Assembly (NCBI GenBank): GCA_963675525.2
Contig: CAXXSL010000013.1
Location: forward strand, 384,001-448,000
DNA: 64,000 bases
Direction of reading: 5' to 3'
Source of the DNA: Anaerohalosphaeraceae bacterium
GTDB lineage: Bacteria > Planctomycetota > Phycisphaerae > Sedimentisphaerales > Anaerohalosphaeraceae
Both the position numbers and the translations under genes were made by a program. Each line of letters starts with the position of its first letter. Within the stretch, counting starts at the first letter, position 1. Under the pieces are notes generated by a model. That model saw only the letters and a list, made by a program, of their open reading frames with translations. It did no database searches and was not told where the DNA came from. Of the stretch, positions 58,544-64,000 are shown in pieces.

Positions 58544-59298
58544 CCATGAGTGACATGATCGCCCTCTTATTGCCTTTTGTCCTTGTGCTGACCCGTCTGT
58601 CGGCGTTCATGATTATTCTCCCGGTATTCGGATGGCCCAGCCTTCCGGTACGGATTAAGGTCAGCATTGTGTTTATTACGAGTCTGTTCATCTGTGGTGT
58701 TACATCGATTGGTCCAATCCCATCGCAGGTCAAAGACTTTCAGGCAATCATCACGCTGATCAATGAAGCGATTTTCGGAGCCGCTCTCGGGATCACGATC
58801 AGCATTCTGTTTCAGGCCGTCAAAGTCGCTGCAGGCATTATCGAACAGCAGATCGGCCTGACAAGCGCAGAGATATTCGACCCCTTCACCGGGGACAGCG
58901 GGCAACCATTGGGAAGTCTGCTCGAAATAATTTTTCTATTAATGTTTCTGGCGGCCAACGGGCATCATGCCTTTTTAAGGATTATCCATAGAAGTTATAA
59001 AATCCTGCCCGCCGGGTCACCGATAGACATCGCCGGTATAACCGAGGCCGTCATCCGAAGCGGAGCAGAAATGTTTACGGCCGCCCTTCAAATATCCGGA
59101 CCTATTCTTGCCGCTTTTTTAGTCATTTTATGCTTATTTGCGGTTTTCGCCCGAATTGTTCCCGAAATGAATATTCTCTTTATCAGTATGCCTGTCAGAG
59201 TTGGTGTCGGCATGATTCTGGTCACTTTGTTTTTGCCGTTTCTTGAAACTTTTGTCTCTAAATTTGCTGAAATTATCGTTGAATTACTGCCGATTTAG
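58540..59298 (+). CDS. fliR: Export gate FliR
   Basis: P.FG...P.RIK, AG.II..QIG, R..P.MNI. Confidence 0.92.
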   Translation: MTMSDMIALLLPFVLVLTRLSAFMIILPVFGWPSLPVRIKVSIVFITSLFICGVTSIGPIPSQVKDFQAIITLINEAIFGAALGITISILFQAVKVAAGIIEQQIGLTSAEIFDPFTGDSGQPLGSLLEIIFLLMFLAANGHHAFLRIIHRSYKILPAGSPIDIAGITEAVIRSGAEMFTAALQISGPILAAFLVILCLFAVFARIVPEMNILFISMPVRVGVGMILVTLFLPFLETFVSKFAEIIVELLPI

Positions 59299-59310
59299 AG
59301 AGGATTCTGA

Positions 59311-60387
59311 ATGCCTGATAAACCTGCATCCGAAAAAACTGAACAACCTACTCCACGACGTCTTCAAAAGGCTCGGGAAGAGGGACAAGTTGCACAAAGC
59401 CAGGAGTTGCCGTCAACACTGTCAATTGCGGCACTGGTGATCGCGCTGGCTATTGGGGCGCCCGCCTTATGCAACTGGTTTATGGTATTAATGAAGGAGG
59501 GATTCTCCTGTGACACCGTTTGCCTAGTTGATACAACGACCTTCAGAAATTTTTTTGATGAAAAAATCGCTCAATCACTGACGATTCTGTGTCCGATCCT
59601 CGGGGCCCTGGCGGCAGGTTCTGTTTTTGCCTCACTCATTGTCAGCGGCGCCAATTTTGCCCCGAAGGCACTCATGCCTAAATTCGATGCCATTAATCCT
59701 GCTAAAGGATTCGAAAAACTATTTGATTTTCGCTCGGTGGTTAAACTGCTGCTGTCGATCGCAAAAATTATTGTGGTTTCACTGATTGCATGGTTTTATA
59801 TCAAAGGGCGACTGGCTGAATTAAGTACCCTGCACTGGGTAACATCGTCACAATATGTCGGACTGGTCGGAGGAATCCTGCTGGGACTGCTAATTCGAAT
59901 CACTCTGTCTCTGTTGGTCATTGCAACGATTGACGTTATTTATCAGAAGTTCAAGCATCTTGACCAATTAAAAATGACCAAACAGGAAGTGAAGCGAGAA
60001 ATGAAAGATACCGACGGCTCGCCTGAGGTTAAGATCAGAATCCGCCGAATTGCACTGGAAATGACGCGAAAACGGATGATGCAGGAAATCCCGAAGGCCA
60101 CAATGGTCATCGTTAACCCGACCCACGTGGCCGTCGCACTAAAATATGACCCCAAAACAATGAATTCACCGGTGGTCGTCGCGAAAGGCACTGAACATGT
60201 CGCTGCCAAAATTCGGGAAATTGCCAGAGCTTACGGCGTCCCCATCGTTCGCAGACCTCAATTGGCCAGAACCCTGTACTCCACCGTTAAAATCGGAAAT
60301 CCTATCCCTTCAAATATCTATGTTGCAGTCGCTGAGATTCTTGCTATGATATACCGGCTGAAGCAGAAAAAACGGGTGATAGGATAA
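59311..60387 (+). CDS. flhB: Export gate FlhB
   Basis: KTEQPTPRRL..AREEG, KMTKQEVK.E, NPTH cleavage motif. Confidence 0.96.
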   Translation: MPDKPASEKTEQPTPRRLQKAREEGQVAQSQELPSTLSIAALVIALAIGAPALCNWFMVLMKEGFSCDTVCLVDTTTFRNFFDEKIAQSLTILCPILGALAAGSVFASLIVSGANFAPKALMPKFDAINPAKGFEKLFDFRSVVKLLLSIAKIIVVSLIAWFYIKGRLAELSTLHWVTSSQYVGLVGGILLGLLIRITLSLLVIATIDVIYQKFKHLDQLKMTKQEVKREMKDTDGSPEVKIRIRRIALEMTRKRMMQEIPKATMVIVNPTHVAVALKYDPKTMNSPVVVAKGTEHVAAKIREIARAYGVPIVRRPQLARTLYSTVKIGNPIPSNIYVAVAEILAMIYRLKQKKRVIG

Positions 60388-60394
60388 GGTCGCG

Positions 60395-61921
60395 GTGAAA
60401 AATCACAAAACCACTGATACATCGATAAAAACCAGCATCCCTGGAAATAATTTTTTGTTTACGACAGGGTCCCTGGTCATTCTTGCGGGTCTGCTTTTCC
60501 CGATAACCGGCGTTTGGTCGGACATTCTTCTTTCCTTTTGCATTCTCATAAATGTTGCAATAGGACTAATCGGTTTTTCAAATACTCCGGCTGATGAACT
60601 CAAGGGCTTTTCGGGTGTGAGCATCATCGCTTCTGCGGCAAGAATCTTTACCGCTGTGTCTGCCGTAAAGCTCATTTTAACCGGGAGTGCATCCAGTTTA
60701 ATCGCACAATACCTGGCCAGGCCACTCCTTTCAAATCTCTTATTGTCAGTCTTTCTGCTTGGCGCCCTGTTACTGGTGCTTCTGGGAATGGCGGTCCGGC
60801 AATCGCATTCCGTGCTGAAACTTATATCTGATTTTTTTGAAAAAACGCTTCGTGTTAAACAGCTTTATATCGAATCGGCACGTCGGACCCATATCATCAG
60901 CGAGGAGGACGCCGCAATACTACAGGGTCAAACTGAAAGAACAAGTCATTTTTTTTCACAGGCGGCAGGTGCAACCCGTTTTGCTTTCTGTGAAAGCATT
61001 CTCCACGGCTGTATCTACTGTATCGGAATTGTCGGCGTCTTTCTGGTCTCAGCCACCGAAAGCTCGCAACAGTCAATTTCTGTTTTTAGCGCCCTATGCG
61101 AATTGTCCGTTATATTTACACTAATCATGTTATTAGCCGTTAACAGCGTTTTTTCTCTCGCTTCGGTCTCGAAGAAATGTTATCGGGCAACCCAAATCTT
61201 TGAAGAAGATCGGGATGAATCTCAAGGCCAAAAAGTCAAGTCCGTTACAAACGAACTGATCGATGATCCCTTCTCGAAAGATGACGTTTCGGGTCACACG
61301 AACGGACTGTCTCGGCCTCTGCTCAAAACGGGCCAACGGATGCTGTGGCAAAGCCACAATCTGAAAACAAAAAGTCATTATGAATTCGTCTCACAGGTAT
61401 TGCAGAGTGAGTCATTTAATCATGCCAAAATCATTCTTATGGCCGGGGACAGTAACCAAGCGCTGCCGGTAACAATTCCCGCAAATCTGGCGATTCGGCT
61501 GTCGCAGGCCGGTCTAAGCTGCCTGCTGGTAGACCTTGATATTCATCGGGAATCGATCGCACAGGCATTCGAGGCGAAACCTCCTGATTATAAGGCGGGA
61601 AAATTCCTGGTTAAAAGCAACTTCAAACGGGTCGCTCTCCTGCTGGCCGACCTGATTAAAAGGATGGCTCCTGATAAGGTTTCCAGGCTGATTGATCTGT
61701 GTGCCAAGAAGTACGACCGAATCATTCTCTACGCTCCGCAAATCAGCGAATCAGATAAGGTTTCTACCATTGCCGCCTGTTGTACAAGCGCTATGCTGTT
61801 TAGTCAACATCAGGACAATCCGTTTATGCAGCAACTTCGAAAAAGCCTCGAGAACCGCGGCTGTGATATTCTGGAGCCGGATGAAATCCTGATCGAATTG
61901 GAAAGCGAATCAGTTCTCTAA
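60395..61921 (+). CDS. Divergent FlhA membrane domain fused to a degenerate MinD/ParA/BY-kinase-like domain
   Basis: flhA position after flhB; F.......KQ..I......I.E..A...FF....GA.RF matches FHIPEP spacing; C-terminal ANLAI.LSQAG...LLVD.D and KYD.II..AP. Confidence 0.75.
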   Translation: MKNHKTTDTSIKTSIPGNNFLFTTGSLVILAGLLFPITGVWSDILLSFCILINVAIGLIGFSNTPADELKGFSGVSIIASAARIFTAVSAVKLILTGSASSLIAQYLARPLLSNLLLSVFLLGALLLVLLGMAVRQSHSVLKLISDFFEKTLRVKQLYIESARRTHIISEEDAAILQGQTERTSHFFSQAAGATRFAFCESILHGCIYCIGIVGVFLVSATESSQQSISVFSALCELSVIFTLIMLLAVNSVFSLASVSKKCYRATQIFEEDRDESQGQKVKSVTNELIDDPFSKDDVSGHTNGLSRPLLKTGQRMLWQSHNLKTKSHYEFVSQVLQSESFNHAKIILMAGDSNQALPVTIPANLAIRLSQAGLSCLLVDLDIHRESIAQAFEAKPPDYKAGKFLVKSNFKRVALLLADLIKRMAPDKVSRLIDLCAKKYDRIILYAPQISESDKVSTIAACCTSAMLFSQHQDNPFMQQLRKSLENRGCDILEPDEILIELESESVL

Positions 61922-63988
61922 AGCGGCCAACTGCCGCTGAAACAACGCAATTGTACTTTCCATTCTGGCATACTTGGCCAAAAGCCGTGCTTCAATTTTA
62001 TCTAACCGGTCTTCTTCTCTTTGAATCTGCGTTTCGACGCTGTCGATTCTATCATCAACACTGTTATCTGTCATATCCAGCCGACCGGTACTCGTTTTGA
62101 GAATTTCATCCAGAATGTCCGAAAGCTGACCGCCAATGCCGTGTTTGACACTCACTGTCGCCTCAACAGGATTGCCCAGACCAGGCTGAGAGGGATCATA
62201 GGCGTGAGCACCATCATTGGCCCATTTAAATGAAAGCATTAATGCTTTTTCCGGATCGTCCGTGGAATAATCCAGTGTCCCTTTGATCATGTTGCCATCC
62301 ACCGTCGCCGCCCGGGCCTGAGACCAGTCCTCTGTGCTTTTCTTGATCCAGGCCCCGGTCATATTACCGGCTGCATCACAGGCCACACGAACGTTATATT
62401 CCCCCGCTTGCGTATATTCATTGGCGCTGTAGAAACCAATACTGGTGCTGTTGCTGTATCCATCTCCAACCGCACCTATCAGTCTAATTAATCCCTTGTA
62501 ATTATCATTAACTGCATCGTCAAATTTGGATGTATCCAGATCGATCCTGCCGGAACCGTCCAAACTCAATCCAATATCCGAAGCCCTGCTGTATTCATCT
62601 AAATCACCACTAAAGCCCGTCAATATACCGATCAGCGGACTTCGTAAGCTCGTTTTGATAAATGACACCGCGGATTCACGGCTCAGTATCCCCATTTTCT
62701 TGCTTTCCTGATCATATTGCGTTTTTTCCTCAATAAAATCCACGAGATCATTATAAGCAGTAACAAATTCTTCGATTTTAGCTCGAATCTGTTCGGTATC
62801 ATTACTAATTGTTATTTTGATTGTGCCTCCGTTATCCGGCAAATCAATCAGGTTCAATGTTACACCGTTGATGACGTCATTGATACTGTTGCTGCTGCGG
62901 GAAATCCACTCATCTACTCCCGGGGGGTAACCATTGATCTTGATCTGTGCGTCTTGTGCGGTTTGAGTCTTTATGAAACTGTCAGGCAGAAGCGACGCGA
63001 TTCCGCCTATCACGGAACCGCCATCCGTTTTAACAGCGAAACCGGGAAGGGTCAGTGATGCAGACCCGGCAGGATCTGCCGTAAAAGCCAGACTCAGAGA
63101 AAGGGAACTGGCCCCGCTCATATCATCTGACATGTAAATCCGTCCATCTTCATACCACGCCGTTGCCACACCATCAAAGGCTTCGTTGATACTATCAATC
63201 AGATGCTGAATCGTTGTGTTCTCGGTTATTGTCAAGTCAACCGATGTGATCGCCGTACCTGCATTATCCGTTCCGCTGATGGTAATCGTGTCGGTCGTTC
63301 CCAGTGAACCGGAAAACTGGTCCAGTTCAACCAGCTTTCTTGATACGGATACAGCCTGACTGTTCACGGTTAATTCAGTTTGAGCCTCTAACAACTCTGT
63401 ATTGCTGGAATTAATGGTAATGACATTATCGGCACCGGTTTCATCACCGGTAAGCATCATGTGGTAGGTGCCGTCCTGATACAGAAGACCGGCAGTGACA
63501 CCGGGATTATCGGGGTTGTTGTTAATCAAGCCGACCAGACCTTCAAGAGTTGTGCTGTTTTCGATCGTCGGAACTGAAAATTCCTTGTTGTTATAGGAAA
63601 AAATGAAGTTTCCGCCGCCAACATAATCTGTTTCGTAAGCAAATGTTGATGTCTGCTGAATCCATGTGTCGCTGGACGCCAGTTGATTAATCTCAACGCT
63701 ATGCGTCCCTGCATTGGCATTAGAATTAGTCGAAAGAGCCAGACTGTCCTCATCGCTGGAGGTTGCCAGGAATGATTCTAATTCGTCCATATCAGCGATC
63801 TTAGACACTGCCGAATCCAAGGCTTTGGCCTTCGATCGCAGTTCCCCCAGAGCCGAAGACTTATCGTCCAGTTGGGCCTTCTGATTCTGAAACCTTTGCA
63901 GACGATAGCTGTAACTGGTCATAAGCTGCTGAACCAACTCGGTTGTATCAATCCCCGTCGAAAGTCCTGAAAGACGTATCTCACCCAT
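61910..63988 (-). CDS. fliD: Filament cap protein
   Basis: SGLSTGIDT..LV..LM, I.QLA, AQDA...NG, SSN.I.D.I.GVT, FV.AYN. Confidence 0.93.
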   Translation of the reverse strand: MGEIRLSGLSTGIDTTELVQQLMTSYSYRLQRFQNQKAQLDDKSSALGELRSKAKALDSAVSKIADMDELESFLATSSDEDSLALSTNSNANAGTHSVEINQLASSDTWIQQTSTFAYETDYVGGGNFIFSYNNKEFSVPTIENSTTLEGLVGLINNNPDNPGVTAGLLYQDGTYHMMLTGDETGADNVITINSSNTELLEAQTELTVNSQAVSVSRKLVELDQFSGSLGTTDTITISGTDNAGTAITSVDLTITENTTIQHLIDSINEAFDGVATAWYEDGRIYMSDDMSGASSLSLSLAFTADPAGSASLTLPGFAVKTDGGSVIGGIASLLPDSFIKTQTAQDAQIKINGYPPGVDEWISRSSNSINDVINGVTLNLIDLPDNGGTIKITISNDTEQIRAKIEEFVTAYNDLVDFIEEKTQYDQESKKMGILSRESAVSFIKTSLRSPLIGILTGFSGDLDEYSRASDIGLSLDGSGRIDLDTSKFDDAVNDNYKGLIRLIGAVGDGYSNSTSIGFYSANEYTQAGEYNVRVACDAAGNMTGAWIKKSTEDWSQARAATVDGNMIKGTLDYSTDDPEKALMLSFKWANDGAHAYDPSQPGLGNPVEATVSVKHGIGGQLSDILDEILKTSTGRLDMTDNSVDDRIDSVETQIQREEDRLDKIEARLLAKYARMESTIALFQRQLAALEN

Positions 63989-64000
63989 AACGACCCCCTT

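Noticed and set aside
47905..60387. Non-flagellar injectisome
   Set aside because: Rod, stator, flagellin and cap genes show flagellar origin; no secretin or needle genes
60395..61921. Simple flhA pseudogene
   Set aside because: No stops or frameshifts over 508 codons and charge-conserving substitutions; kept as a finding instead

Overview
A 64-kb bacterial chromosomal window of roughly 50% GC, most likely from a Planctomycetota (Phycisphaerae-like) anaerobe. That placement is inferred from the dockerin/EF-hand-like tag on a surface protein, the long LptD-like gene and the RAYT/REP types, and is not verified. Positions 1-18 kb are an accessory and stress region: Rrf2-cupin-hcp (hcp split by a frameshift), an MMPL transporter with a methyltransferase, a frameshifted DUF285 repeat surface protein, arsC, a sialate O-acetylesterase, a NUDIX hydrolase and msrB. 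This part is densely populated by several families of short palindromic or periodic repeats and two HUH (IS200-like/RAYT) transposases that bracket mfd, and mfd itself carries an in-frame REP doublet. Positions 18-44 kb are mostly housekeeping (pfk, tkt, folC, a porin, a polyprenyl synthase, ilvE, LolCDE-like genes, lysS, an S41 protease, fba, lptD-like, regulators, trmB, rsmG). Positions 44-64 kb hold a sigma54/sigma28-driven flagellar cluster that is unusual in three ways. It lacks fliL/fliM/fliN and flgD/flgE at their usual positions. It has two motB paralogues with eroded peptidoglycan-binding domains. In the flhA slot it has an intact ORF fusing a divergent FlhA membrane domain (intramembrane charges kept, FHIPEP residues lost) to a Walker-dead MinD/BY-kinase-like domain instead of FlhA-C. 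This last gene is the best candidate for an undescribed system. No rRNA, tRNA or CRISPR array was seen. All calls come from reading the sequence by eye; no searches were run.
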